Assembly (NCBI GenBank): GCA_020184695.1
Contig: JAANOX010000256.1
Location: 186,001 to 250,000, forward strand
Direction of reading: 5' to 3'
Length of the DNA: 64,000 nt
DNA from: Histomonas meleagridis 2922-C6/04-290x
Taxonomy: Eukaryota; Protista; Parabasalia
Position numbers and translations under genes: made by a program. A model generated the notes under the pieces. That model was not told the DNA's origin and did no database searches. It saw nothing but the letters and a program-made list of their open reading frames with translations. Numbering within the stretch: the stretch's first letter is position 1; every line of letters starts with the position of its first letter. This document shows positions 48,016-59,212 of this stretch, in pieces.

Positions 48016-49434
48016 ATGTCAATTAGTAAGGTGATTTTTAATCTAAATAAAGGAAATATTGATCAATCAATTAGATGTGTAACCAATAAATTCAATGATA
48101 TTTACTCAATATCGTTTAACACGATCATAAGCCAAATGATATACTTATTGATGGGTGTGAGAATAAGTAATTCTGAAATTTATTTTAACTTTATGAAAGA
48201 AATCCAAATATTTGAAGAGAATAATAAAAGTAAAACGAAAATTTTCGATATATTTACATGTTTACTGCTCAACAATTACACTCAAGAATCAAATTTCCTT
48301 CTTGGAAATATGATTAAACGCAAATTTATCAAACCCAAAATTATTAAAAAGAAAAAGAATTTGTATTTTATTCATTACATGTCAGATGAAGAAAAAGATG
48401 AATTCTTTTATGATTATTTTGAGGTTGATAACATTGAAGAACTTAAAAAGAATGATTGGGAACTTCATAAGCAATTAATTGAAGAAGGAGTTAATCCGAA
48501 TGAAATTGCGAAAATAATTCGAAATGATGAAATAGAAAAACTTCAAGAAATATCATCACAAAATGATTTTGATTTTAATCAAATAATTAAACCATCACTT
48601 TATGAAAGATGTGATTTTGTTAACAAAGAAAATGTTTCATTAATTGATTATGCCGCATTTTTTGGATCTGTTAAATGTTTTAAATATTTATTATTAAGTA
48701 ATTCTAAATTAACAAACACAGGTAAATATGCAATTGCAGGTGGAAATCTTGAAATCATTCATTTATGTGAACAAAATCATTCATCATTTGAAGGGGCATT
48801 AAAAGTAGCAATTAAATTTTATCGAAATGACATTTTTCTTTATCTTTATGAAAACAAAATGTATAAAAGTAATAATTTAGAAGAATTAGGAAAGAAATGT
48901 ATTTTACATCAAAATTATGAAATTTTCACATTCCTACAAAAAGAAGGTATGAAAATTAATTCTTCATTAATTAATTTAGCAGCGAGAATAGGTAACTTAT
49001 TTTTGATTAGATATTTACTGAAATCTTATCAAATTCCTAAAGATATTTTAGTGTTTTCATCTGAATCAGGAAATAGTGAACTTGTTAAATATGTTTTGCA
49101 ACAAGATGGAATCGATATTAATGCAAAAATTGTTTATATTAATAAATTTATGTTTCAAAACATCATTTGGAATTTGCTCATATGATTTTGGACTGCACTT
49201 ATGTTTGCTTCAAGTAATGGTCATACTGAAACAGTAAAATTACTCCTTGAAAATGAAGAAATTGATGTTGATACTAAAGATATTTGTTTGTTTTATTTAA
49301 TATTCGTTTTGGTAATTTTTGGTAATATTTGGAATATGTTCATATCATTTTGGACTGCACTTAAATATGCTTCAAGGCATGGTTACACCGAAATTGTTAA
49401 AATGATTCTTAAACAAAAATGCAATAGATTCTAA
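48016..49434 (+). CDS. DUF3447-type ankyrin-repeat protein, interrupted by two inserts
   Basis: IRNDEIEKLQE, SLIDYAAFFGSVKCFKYLL, YAIAGGNLEIIHLCEQ; C-terminal canonical ankyrin repeats (TALMFASSNGHTETVKLLL, TALKYASRHGYTEIVKMIL). Removing 48 and 60 nt gives one 436-aa frame. Confidence 0.8.
49139..49186 (+). other. 48-nt ankyrin-linker insert with in-frame TGA (candidate non-canonical intron)
   Basis: Lies between DINAK and TAL; ATTTGG at 49165-49170, 21 nt before the Thr codon; ends ...GAT. Exact boundaries are inferred. Confidence 0.55.
49289..49348 (+). other. 60-nt ankyrin-linker insert (candidate non-canonical intron)
   Basis: Between DTKDIC and FWTAL; TTTATTTA at +4; ATTTGG at 49327-49332; ends ...CAT. 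Confidence 0.55.
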
Positions 49435-49465
49435 TATGAAAAAATATTTTGTAAACAATGAAGGT

Positions 49466-49473
49466 GACCGTTT
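49466..49473 (+). promoter_or_regulatory. M3-like (Myb-type) motif GACCGTTT
   Basis: Fits DRCSGYTD, 27 nt before ATG 49501. GACCGTT also lies near the NME7 and cyclase starts. Confidence 0.45.
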
Positions 49474-49500
49474 AGCATAATTTATAACGTTCGCTAATCA

Positions 49501-50313
49501 ATGTCTTTGGGAAATGTTGGATTTATTGGAGGAGGGAAAATGGCAACATCAATAATTGCTGGCATGTTGAAAAGTGGTTTTGATCCACTTAGGGTAATGG
49601 TTAGTGACATTTCCAAGCCTCAATTAAATTATCTGGAAAACAAATTCCATATTTCAGCAATACCAGACAACAAAAAAATAGCTAAAATGAGCGACGTACT
49701 TGTCTTAGCCGTAAAACCAAAAGATTTCACTGGTGTTTTATCAGAAATTAAAAATGATGTCAGTTCTTCAAAACCAGTTATTTCTATTGCTGGTGGCCTT
49801 ACAATAAGTTACATTGAGAACCAACTTTGCTCAGGTGCAAGAGTACTAAGATCAATGCCTAACATTTGTTCAACAGTGCAAGAAAGCATTACTGCAATTT
49901 GCTGTGGAAAAAACTCAACACCAGCAGATGTAGAGGCCACCAAATCTATTTTTTCATGTGTTGGAACAACAGTTGATATAAATGAATCATTATTTGATGC
50001 ATTTTCTGGTGTTGCTGGTTGTGGCCCTGCATTCATATTTCCTGTTATTGAAGCTCTTGCTGATGGCGCAGTTTATGAAGGAATCAATCGGAAAACAGCA
50101 ATCGAATTAGCAGCAAAAATGATTATTGGTTCAGCAAAATTAGTGTTAAACACAAGTGATCACCCTGAACAGTTAAAAGATTCTGTTTGTTCACCAGGAG
50201 GATCCACAATTGCTGGCGTTAAAACTCTTGAAGAATACAAAGTACGTGCTGCCTTTATGAATGCAGTCATTAATGCTACTGAGAAATCAAAAGAAATGGG
50301 AAAACAAAGTTAG
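49501..50313 (+). CDS. proC: Pyrroline-5-carboxylate reductase
   Basis: GFIGGGKMA (NAD(P)-binding), LAVKP, ISIAGG, RSMPN, GCGPAF, VCSPGGSTIAG. Confidence 0.96.
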   Translation: MSLGNVGFIGGGKMATSIIAGMLKSGFDPLRVMVSDISKPQLNYLENKFHISAIPDNKKIAKMSDVLVLAVKPKDFTGVLSEIKNDVSSSKPVISIAGGLTISYIENQLCSGARVLRSMPNICSTVQESITAICCGKNSTPADVEATKSIFSCVGTTVDINESLFDAFSGVAGCGPAFIFPVIEALADGAVYEGINRKTAIELAAKMIIGSAKLVLNTSDHPEQLKDSVCSPGGSTIAGVKTLEEYKVRAAFMNAVINATEKSKEMGKQS

Positions 50314-51093
50314 ATAATAAAAAATTTGAAAAAAATTACTTTTTTTGCAATAATTTATCGAAAATATGAAAAAAGCAAAAAAAGCTTCTTTTATGAAATC
50401 CATCATTTCTAGAATATTCTTGGATAGAATTTTCTCAAATTGAGATATTATGCTAACTTTTAATGTGTAATATTATATTTTGTGTTTTATATAGATTTAT
50501 GCACCTAATTCTAAGATCTAATCATTTAAAATGATAATAAATTTCAATTGCTTATCAACTTTTTGAATCGAAGATAATCGTGCGAATCTTTTGTAAGCAG
50601 ATTAGAATCACTTTTGGTGTAATTGAAAGCCAAAATGAACAGTGAATAAAATCAAATGATAATATTTATATTTTGTGCACATAAATTATAATGCGAATCG
50701 CAAAATAATTTAACCAACATATATTTATTATGAATAAATCATATAAATAAAATATAAACAATAAATAATTATTGACCCCACTAAAAATACATATGTAGCT
50801 GTATAATTATTTCGATCTCAAAAAGCTCTATCGTTCTCGAACGTAACTTTTTGAATACATTTTCGCGGGGGTTTTCGGCTTGTTTTTTACCGCGGGAAAA
50901 AAACCGTACCGACGTTAATATTATGTGCTCAAATACTAAAATCGGCCGTTACGGTTAAAATCGTTATTTTACCAATTCCACCTACTTTGAAAAAATCACA
51001 AAACTTAACCGCCATCTACACAATGACACTTTTGTCAAAGTGATATGGCTAAATTTCAATTTAAAAAAAAAAAAAAGAAAAAGAAAAAAATAA

Positions 51094-53637
51094 ATGGCGA
51101 ACATAGAGGAACAAATTCATATTTCATTTTCACAAGATCCATCAATTCCTCAAGAACAACGCAACGCAGCAACTAGATTTTTAATGCAATTTCAAGACTC
51201 TCCAGATGCTTTAAATTGGGCATTGGGAACTTATATTAATCAACAAGACAATGTCTTAGCTACGTATGCTTTAATGATTTTTAAGAGAATGTGTCAATTT
51301 CATTTTTCTATGTTAAGTCCAGAAGTTGTAAATCAAATTCGAAACATATTGTTTAATCGTGAATATCATCAAGCACACATTTCACAAGGCACGTTCAAAA
51401 ACAGAGTGACAGATGCTCAAGTTGCGTTTATGTGGCATGTTTACCCAGAGCCATATGGAAATTTCTGGGATGATCTATTTTCATTGGATCGATCAGAGAT
51501 ATTTGAATTTATCCAATCGCTTTGTAGCTATGCAAGTATACTTAATGGAAATGATAATCTTATCTATAACAAAATCAAAGATGCAATGAGAGAAACTGGC
51601 AATGACAACAGAGTTGCCAGTTTTGTTATAGAATTGATGAGGGAAGGGAATGCTGATGCCTATAAATGTTTTGCACATTTTTCCAAGTGGATTAATATAA
51701 ATTATTTATTATCTCAAGAGGGTTTCCAATGCATTATTGATGGCTTTAATTCACCTCAGCTTTGCCAATATTCACTTGATATCTATATACAACTTGTTAC
51801 TCGTGGCATGCCACCCGAACAAAAACTAAGTGTTATCAATAATATCAACATTCGTGAGAAAATTGGATTTATTACATCAACAGAAAATCCACCAATTGAA
51901 TTACTTATATCTGCTGCTCGAGCAATTAATGCCACAGGATTAGAATTAATTAATGAACAACCAATTCTAGAAGATTATCTTAACGTCGCATTAATGTTTA
52001 TTCGAGTGGAAAACGATGACATTAGTGAAGGTGTCATCTCATTATTCCATTCCACAGCCAAGAAATATCCGCAGTATCACCAATTTTTATTAGGTGAACT
52101 CATTAACCGTTTTGAGACATTTTTCAGAGTTCATTCAAATGAGATGATTTCACTTGACGGTTTTGCCGAACAATTAGTGATGGTTATCCATTCAATTGTC
52201 ATGTCCAACGTTAATGCAGCGATGAGTCAAATTAATTCAATATCTCAAGGTAATTTTTATGAAAACTTACCAAAAGCTGCAGCTATAATTCATATTGTTA
52301 GTAATTCATTAACATATAAAGATGAGTCACACCGGCAAATAATTAGTAACTTCATTAATATATTTGCGCCAATAATGCAAGTTCCACCACCAGAAATTGC
52401 GCCATTACATTTATATTGTATTTCTGAGTTTGTTAAATTTTTCATTCCAGCAAGTCCATTATTTGGGCCTGACATTTTCGCATATATTTTTAATGGATTA
52501 AATGGAATAATTCAAAACAATGAAATCATGGATGTTCGAATGACAATATCATCATTATTGAAAACGTTTGTTGAGAAGCTTCAAAACAAAATTCCATTTG
52601 ATCCAAACCAAATTTATTTTTATGTACAAACATGTAATCCTGATTTAGTATCAGCCGCTGCCATTTTAATATGTAATCTTCGAGAGGGTCAAATGGAAAT
52701 CTTCCAACAGTCGTTAGATCGTTTAAAGGAATTTGTTGCAAACTCTGAAAACAAGTTTTATGCGTATGAAGTTATATTATCATTTATACATTCCATTAAA
52801 TATTTTGATAAAGCGCCACATGTACAAATAATTGGTCCATTCATTGAACAAACATTTCCCGAGTTCTTTGAGATAGATCCATTATTAGCGTCATGTATTC
52901 GTGCGTCATATTCATCATTAGGCCCATTTTCTCGCGATTTAATATTACGTGTAATACCACAAATTAAACCTATGTTTAAGTTATCATTAACAGCTGTTTG
53001 TTCCGCGTTAATGGCATTAGTAATCGATAAAGCAGATAATCGTTGGATATGCGATTTCTTACCACATATCAGTCAATTAGTTCTCGCTAATTTCGATAGC
53101 GTTGTCGATTGGACGGCGAAAACAGAAGAAAACAAAGAGACTTTAGATATGATATGTAAATACTTAAAACTTATCACAAAGTTATTGAAGATATCACCGC
53201 AATGTATCGTCCCTCAAACATATGAAAATCTTTGCCAATTTACCAACAAAACTTTCAACAATAACTTCGATATACCAATTTTAATGATGGCAATCATCGA
53301 TATGTTGATGCAATTAATCGGAAACGACTTGAATACTGTGGTCAATTTCGCCCCAATGACTTTGTCGTTCTTGTATTCAAGTAAATTCGACCCATTGTCC
53401 AACGAATGGTTCGATTTATGCAAACGAGTAATGAACTTCCACATTGCTTTACTAAATAAAGAGAAGCAAAACGCAGTGCAATTAATTGCGGAGTCATTCA
53501 AACGCTACGGAGCAAATGATGATTTGATTAGAGGTTACCTCGCTATTTTGGAGTCACCCAGACCAAGAGATAGGGCAGCAAACGGTAGGAATTTCTTCTT
53601 TGAGTTCGCAAAGTTTAGAGCTTCACTTGGGAATTAA
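51094..53637 (+). CDS. XPOT: Exportin-T (Los1/Xpo-t)-like karyopherin
   Basis: YPEPYGNFWDDL, KIKDAMRE, SKWININ, TRGMPPEQKL parallel exportin-T motifs (IKDxMR, WIDI, KGMxPxxK). Confidence 0.72.
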   Translation: MANIEEQIHISFSQDPSIPQEQRNAATRFLMQFQDSPDALNWALGTYINQQDNVLATYALMIFKRMCQFHFSMLSPEVVNQIRNILFNREYHQAHISQGTFKNRVTDAQVAFMWHVYPEPYGNFWDDLFSLDRSEIFEFIQSLCSYASILNGNDNLIYNKIKDAMRETGNDNRVASFVIELMREGNADAYKCFAHFSKWININYLLSQEGFQCIIDGFNSPQLCQYSLDIYIQLVTRGMPPEQKLSVINNINIREKIGFITSTENPPIELLISAARAINATGLELINEQPILEDYLNVALMFIRVENDDISEGVISLFHSTAKKYPQYHQFLLGELINRFETFFRVHSNEMISLDGFAEQLVMVIHSIVMSNVNAAMSQINSISQGNFYENLPKAAAIIHIVSNSLTYKDESHRQIISNFINIFAPIMQVPPPEIAPLHLYCISEFVKFFIPASPLFGPDIFAYIFNGLNGIIQNNEIMDVRMTISSLLKTFVEKLQNKIPFDPNQIYFYVQTCNPDLVSAAAILICNLREGQMEIFQQSLDRLKEFVANSENKFYAYEVILSFIHSIKYFDKAPHVQIIGPFIEQTFPEFFEIDPLLASCIRASYSSLGPFSRDLILRVIPQIKPMFKLSLTAVCSALMALVIDKADNRWICDFLPHISQLVLANFDSVVDWTAKTEENKETLDMICKYLKLITKLLKISPQCIVPQTYENLCQFTNKTFNNNFDIPILMMAIIDMLMQLIGNDLNTVVNFAPMTLSFLYSSKFDPLSNEWFDLCKRVMNFHIALLNKEKQNAVQLIAESFKRYGANDDLIRGYLAILESPRPRDRAANGRNFFFEFAKFRASLGN

Positions 53638-54150
53638 GTAAAAAATCTTTAAGAATGTACTCCAAAGCTTCGACTTTTTGATGAAACTCATAGAATTTTT
53701 TTTGGATAATAAGAGAAAAAGTTGTGACAATAAATTCAAACAAATTAAGTGTCAATAGACCAGTCTCACCACCATCACTTTGGAATTGCGTATTAAATTT
53801 AAGTCGTAAAACTTTTGCTTGGATGAAGGGCCTTATTAGGAACGAAAATGCAAACTTTATTCGGAAGATTTACAAAAAATAAATTTTTGTTTGCATTGAA
53901 TAGTTGAATCAAATCTATTAGATTATATGTAAAAATTTATCGATTTTAATTATGTGCATTTCTATAATGTATTAAAACAATGCATGACTCAATATTGGGG
54001 GTGTTTGTGCTGACATATTTTCTTTTTTTACTCATGTCGTTCTCATCGACTTTATTTTCAACGAGTTCCTTGCCGAAAAAAAATTGAATATAAAATCGTT
54101 AATTGTAGTACATCCTTAAGATTGGGATGTTTATGTAAAAGTGTGATCTG

Positions 54151-54184
54151 CCCAAAGTTTTGGCACATTTGCCAATTCTTTGGG
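54151..54184. other. Imperfect inverted repeat (15-bp arms, 4-nt loop)
   Basis: CCCAAAGTTTTGGCA-CATT-TGCCAATTCTTTGGG, 13 of 15 positions complementary. Confidence 0.6.
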
Positions 54185-54406
54185 AAAAATTTGTCTTCTA
54201 ATTTGGGCTTTTAAAAGCTCTAATTTTATGATTATTATGATGCCATAATTGTTATCATCATATATTCAACATTACAAGCGAAATCATTCAAAAGTTAAAA
54301 TTAATTAAGTGAATTCACTTAATACACTTAATAATCGATTATTGATTATCAAATTATTTTACTATAAAAAAAAAATTAATTATTTTTTTTTAGTTCAACA
54401 GATTAC

Positions 54407-57400
54407 TTATTTTGGTTTATCTTCATCACTTGACGATTCGTCGTCACTTTTAATTTTATCATCTTTTGATTTCTTCGACAACTTTCGTGCGTAATACGAG
54501 TTGGCCATGCTGCCAGACGAGGCCACCACCACTTTATTACTAAAGTTCGGTATCAAAAATGTTTGTTTTCCTTGTACGACAGGACCAATTTCGAATTCCA
54601 TTTCATCTACGATTTCATTTTTCACAATTTCGTTCATTATAATTCTATTTGGCGCATTAATTTCCAACAAGTTATGAGTTTCTTCAATTATTTGGCCTGA
54701 TATTGTGAACATTCTTTGATTTCCGATGTTCATTACTGTACAATATATTGGTCCTCCTACTGCTACGCTAACCTTCACACTAAATTCCTTTAAATCATTA
54801 TCATCGATTGTTTCCAAATCTTTAATTACATCAATTCCGAAACGAACAGCATTTTTCGATTGTGGGACTTTATTATTTTCTGATTCGAACAAACCAGAAA
54901 TTGCTAAATATATATCAGGTGTTTGTCGTTGTCTAATGAAAGGAGGATGTAAATTACAGATATGATCGAAACGTTCATATAACTTTGTGATTAAATGTAA
55001 ATAATCTTCTTGATCATTTTTCTTTAATGTATCGAAGAAGCCACAAATTTGGATGGCAATAATCGTAACATTCTTTGATATGAATGAAAAGTCTTGATGA
55101 TCTTCTCGAATGAAACCTTGTACATCACTTGGTATTAATTGGTTCATTAAATGGTCAACTTTATCTTTAGCTTTTTGGATCTCTGTTTGTAATTGGAAAT
55201 CTTCTGTTTGATCCTTAAAGAAGATTAAGAAACTTGAAGCAGTATCTTGTAGAAAGTCATAAATTCCATAAATTATAGTATCACATTGTATAATTTTATT
55301 ATCTCCTCGTAAGAATTCTAAATTAGAAATATGAATACTTTTCTCTTCGTTTTCTATCAAAAGTTTCTCTTCAATGGCTTGATAAAATTTATATGATGAA
55401 ATATCATTTTGTGATTCTAATGTATTCTCATCTCCATCGACTTGTTTAATAATACCATCAATCTTTTGGCCAATGATTTGTGCTCGTGGGAATTTTAATA
55501 TAGTTTTAGCTGCTTCATTCATAGAGTTTATAGTTTTATCATTACCAATTGTTATTATAGCAGTAGGTAAATAATCATAAATAACTTGATTAAGAGTCTT
55601 TTGTTCAAATTCATCATATTGATAATTACTCATTAAAATGGAATATAACTTTTGTGAATTAGATATCGATGGTGGTGGTACTCTACGGATTAATATTAAA
55701 CAAGTTTTAATTAATTTATTATAATAATGTGAAAACCAAATCATTAAATAAAATAAAATAATAAATAAGATAATAGTTAATATAAATATGATAATACTCA
55801 TAATAATAATTAAATTCTTTTTTGATGAAAATTCAGTCGTTAATATTAAATTAGATTGTTCTAAACCATTAGATAATTCAGCCATTGTTATATGATAAAA
55901 ATCTATATATGAAGTAGATTGAAATGTCGAAGTTGTATCGAAATTATTTGTATATATATTAAATGTAGAAATTAAACTTTCTAATGATAAACATTTATAA
56001 AAATCATGTTCACTAGAACCTTCATTTGATTGACATTGTTCTTTAGAATATAAATTATCAATATCAGTAATTACACCTTTCATTCCTTTAAAATCATTAG
56101 TACCAGAATATAATTTGTTTTCTTCATTAGTTAAGTCAATAACTAAATTGGAGATTTCTTTATAGATATCTTCCGATGTAATATAATTAACATTTTCATT
56201 ATTATATAATAACATTGAAGATACTCTTAAAAATATGGAATATAATAATGAATTACGTTTCGATGCTTGAATTGTCCATTTAACAATTTCATTTAAATTA
56301 TTATAAAAATCTCGATAAAAATATGCAAATAAAAATAAAAAGACAATAATTAATATTAATACTAATGCATCGATAATACCTAAAATCACATTTTTAGCTT
56401 TTGTCATTCTAATTGGATGATGTATAGCTTTCTTATCATCATTATTTTCAGATTGTACAACTAATTTCGAAGCAAATTTAGCATCTTCTTTATCGACTTC
56501 TAACATAGCTTTAAAGACATGTGTATAATCTCTTCCATATATTAATAATATCATATGACTTAAAGGAAATACGATTACTATAACAATAATAGGCATAGCA
56601 ATTTGATATATCGATAAAAACCTATAACGACCATTAAGGAATTCATTAAAATGATTAATTAATTGATTTAATGAGAAATCAATTGCATTTGGAAACTCTA
56701 AAATAAATTCAAGTAATTGACACATATTTCGTGCTTTTAATATAGTTGAAGGATCATTACTTACTAATAAATCATAAATATAATATGTTAATTTAGAACT
56801 TGCACTAATTAATGAAGTGTTTTTATAGAATTTGATAATAGCATCATTACTACACATAGGTCGAGTAATAGTATTATTAGTATAAGCTATAGATTCATAA
56901 GTGATTTCTGTTGTTCCTTCAACTATAGCCCAAGTACGTTGAAACATATCACTAAATGATTGTACCATACTTTGAGTTAAGTTTAATGTACTTTGTCTTA
57001 ATTCTTTATATGAGATTAATAATTGTTCATTATATGCATCCCCATATATACTTTTATTATAAAGTTCTTCATCAAAGAATTTACCTAAACCTTCTGATTC
57101 ATACATTATTAATGAAATTGAAGCTAATAAAGAATTTTTGGCTAATTCTTTCCCATTATAAAATTGATAATAATAATTAATCGACTTATTTAATTGTGGA
57201 AATATTAACCCAAATATTAAACTATAACCTATTAACCAGATTAACGCTGAAATGATTAATGAAGCTATACCTAATTTTAAGTTCTTCGGTTGATAATGTG
57301 ATGTAGCTCTATATAATGACTTACGTAAATTAGGCCATTGATAAGTCTTTCGTATGATTTCATCTGCTATGCCACTATTTAAATCATCTTCAATCTTTTC

Positions 57401-59212
57401 GATAGCTGTTGTAGATATACTTAATGATGTACCATTAATTTCATATCCACTCTTTTGAATATTTCCACTTTTATCACATATTTTCTCAGTAATAATCATC
57501 GGAATAGCACCAGCTAATGCTCGAAAGATTGGATCAATATCAGAATGAAAACCTTTTTGTAAATGTCCACTTTTAAGTTTCATAAAAACACCATTCTCTG
57601 GACTAACAGCACATTCAAGTAAAAACTCGGAATAACCATTAGGGAAACGTGAATCATTTGGATATGTATCGATACCAGTTTTCCATAAATTCTTTGATTC
57701 TTCAAACTTAGAAGAAATTGTTTCTAATAAATAACTATCGACTATTTCTGGATTATTAGCAATTTTTAACCAAACTTCTCTTATAGATGATAATAATTCA
57801 CTTGTACTTTGTAATGCTTCATTATATTGTAATGTAGCTTCACCAGAATTCGAAGTAAAACGTTTTAAAAAGATTGAGCGTAATCGAAATGTATAATATT
57901 TTTGTATAAATGTTCGAGGTGTTTTAGTTAATATTAAACTTAAGAAATATGATAACGCTTGTTGTTCCCCAGGGAAAAATGATACGTATAATGCTGATGT
58001 ATAAAGTGATTCTAAATCAGGATTAGCTTGTGATAAATAATATAAAAATGACCAATCATTAATTAATGTATTAAATGTAACCATTCCAACGTTTTTGATT
58101 ACTTCTAATGTGTTTAAATTCTTTATATTTAATGAATCAAAATATTGATTCTTTTCGAGTTCTGTATGTGAATCAATTTGTGTTAATATTTCAAGACATT
58201 TCTTATACATTAATCGAAATATTAAATAAAAAATGATTAATCCTATAATAAATATACAAATTGGTATTAAGAAATGTACATATATATTAACATGAATTCC
58301 TGATATTGATATTATCGTAAGAATATGACCTGTAATTGTTGCACAATATAATGAATCCATAAAAACACTTGCAAACATATGTACATAAACAATTCGAAAT
58401 GATACTATTATCCAAAATATTAAAAATATTATATGAAGTATAATAATGACATATTGAATCCATGTTTGAAATAAACTCGTGATTTCTACACATACAAAAT
58501 AAATGGCATATGATACTACTGATAAATTAAAATGAACTCCATTTAAGTCTGCTAATGGTGATGGATTTGGATTAATTAAAAAACCATTTAATTGTCCTAC
58601 AAAAACTGTTATTAAAACAGAATAAATAAATGCTAAAATGGCAAATATTATTGAAAATATTCCTCCAACATTGTTAGTAAAATTACGAAATAACATGGAT
58701 AATTGACCTGAAAATGGAATTAATAACAAGATAAATACAATTTGGGTAATAAAAGCATTGACATATAATACTTTCTTGTTGTAAGCACGTTTCCCACCAG
58801 AATACATTGATAACGCTATTAACCAAATTCCACATAATACATATACTATCGCAAAAATTATAAGTAAAGCTGCATTAAAATTTGGACCAAATGTTAAAAT
58901 TTCATCTGCGACTTCAGCAATATGATTTGAATCCCAAATATTACGAAGAAATGGTGAAAACATTATTAAAAACATCTCTACAATTGGAAATACATATTGA
59001 AGTGCCCAATAAAGCCACGAAAAAATTCCGAGTGTTGATGTTTCATATGTTATGTGGAAAAAAGAACCTTGTAAAGAATCCGCTTTAAAAAATGATGAAT
59101 GAATTAATTGGGATTGAAGAACTTCAGGATTTTCATCTATAAAGTTACTTGGCATTGTGTGTGATATTTCATTGGATACTGGAGCCTTCTGAAGCAGAGC
59201 TTCCTCATCCAT
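54407..59212 (-). CDS. Multi-TM receptor-type class III nucleotidyl cyclase-like protein with PAS domain (catalytic residues degenerate)
   Basis: N-terminal TM cluster, further TMs, PAS-like region (NEAAKTILKFPRAQIIGQKID), coiled helix LMNQLIPSDV, C-terminal cyclase fold (VTIIAIQICGF, DIYLAISG, VGGPIYC). Confidence 0.85.
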   Translation of the reverse strand: MDEEALLQKAPVSNEISHTMPSNFIDENPEVLQSQLIHSSFFKADSLQGSFFHITYETSTLGIFSWLYWALQYVFPIVEMFLIMFSPFLRNIWDSNHIAEVADEILTFGPNFNAALLIIFAIVYVLCGIWLIALSMYSGGKRAYNKKVLYVNAFITQIVFILLLIPFSGQLSMLFRNFTNNVGGIFSIIFAILAFIYSVLITVFVGQLNGFLINPNPSPLADLNGVHFNLSVVSYAIYFVCVEITSLFQTWIQYVIIILHIIFLIFWIIVSFRIVYVHMFASVFMDSLYCATITGHILTIISISGIHVNIYVHFLIPICIFIIGLIIFYLIFRLMYKKCLEILTQIDSHTELEKNQYFDSLNIKNLNTLEVIKNVGMVTFNTLINDWSFLYYLSQANPDLESLYTSALYVSFFPGEQQALSYFLSLILTKTPRTFIQKYYTFRLRSIFLKRFTSNSGEATLQYNEALQSTSELLSSIREVWLKIANNPEIVDSYLLETISSKFEESKNLWKTGIDTYPNDSRFPNGYSEFLLECAVSPENGVFMKLKSGHLQKGFHSDIDPIFRALAGAIPMIITEKICDKSGNIQKSGYEINGTSLSISTTAIEKIEDDLNSGIADEIIRKTYQWPNLRKSLYRATSHYQPKNLKLGIASLIISALIWLIGYSLIFGLIFPQLNKSINYYYQFYNGKELAKNSLLASISLIMYESEGLGKFFDEELYNKSIYGDAYNEQLLISYKELRQSTLNLTQSMVQSFSDMFQRTWAIVEGTTEITYESIAYTNNTITRPMCSNDAIIKFYKNTSLISASSKLTYYIYDLLVSNDPSTILKARNMCQLLEFILEFPNAIDFSLNQLINHFNEFLNGRYRFLSIYQIAMPIIVIVIVFPLSHMILLIYGRDYTHVFKAMLEVDKEDAKFASKLVVQSENNDDKKAIHHPIRMTKAKNVILGIIDALVLILIIVFLFLFAYFYRDFYNNLNEIVKWTIQASKRNSLLYSIFLRVSSMLLYNNENVNYITSEDIYKEISNLVIDLTNEENKLYSGTNDFKGMKGVITDIDNLYSKEQCQSNEGSSEHDFYKCLSLESLISTFNIYTNNFDTTSTFQSTSYIDFYHITMAELSNGLEQSNLILTTEFSSKKNLIIIMSIIIFILTIILFIILFYLMIWFSHYYNKLIKTCLILIRRVPPPSISNSQKLYSILMSNYQYDEFEQKTLNQVIYDYLPTAIITIGNDKTINSMNEAAKTILKFPRAQIIGQKIDGIIKQVDGDENTLESQNDISSYKFYQAIEEKLLIENEEKSIHISNLEFLRGDNKIIQCDTIIYGIYDFLQDTASSFLIFFKDQTEDFQLQTEIQKAKDKVDHLMNQLIPSDVQGFIREDHQDFSFISKNVTIIAIQICGFFDTLKKNDQEDYLHLITKLYERFDHICNLHPPFIRQRQTPDIYLAISGLFESENNKVPQSKNAVRFGIDVIKDLETIDDNDLKEFSVKVSVAVGGPIYCTVMNIGNQRMFTISGQIIEETHNLLEINAPNRIIMNEIVKNEIVDEMEFEIGPVVQGKQTFLIPNFSNKVVVASSGSMANSYYARKLSKKSKDDKIKSDDESSSDEDKPK

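Noticed and set aside
32152-53637. Functional clustering of two exportin genes
   Set aside because: They are ~16 kb apart with unrelated genes between them; no evidence of co-regulation.
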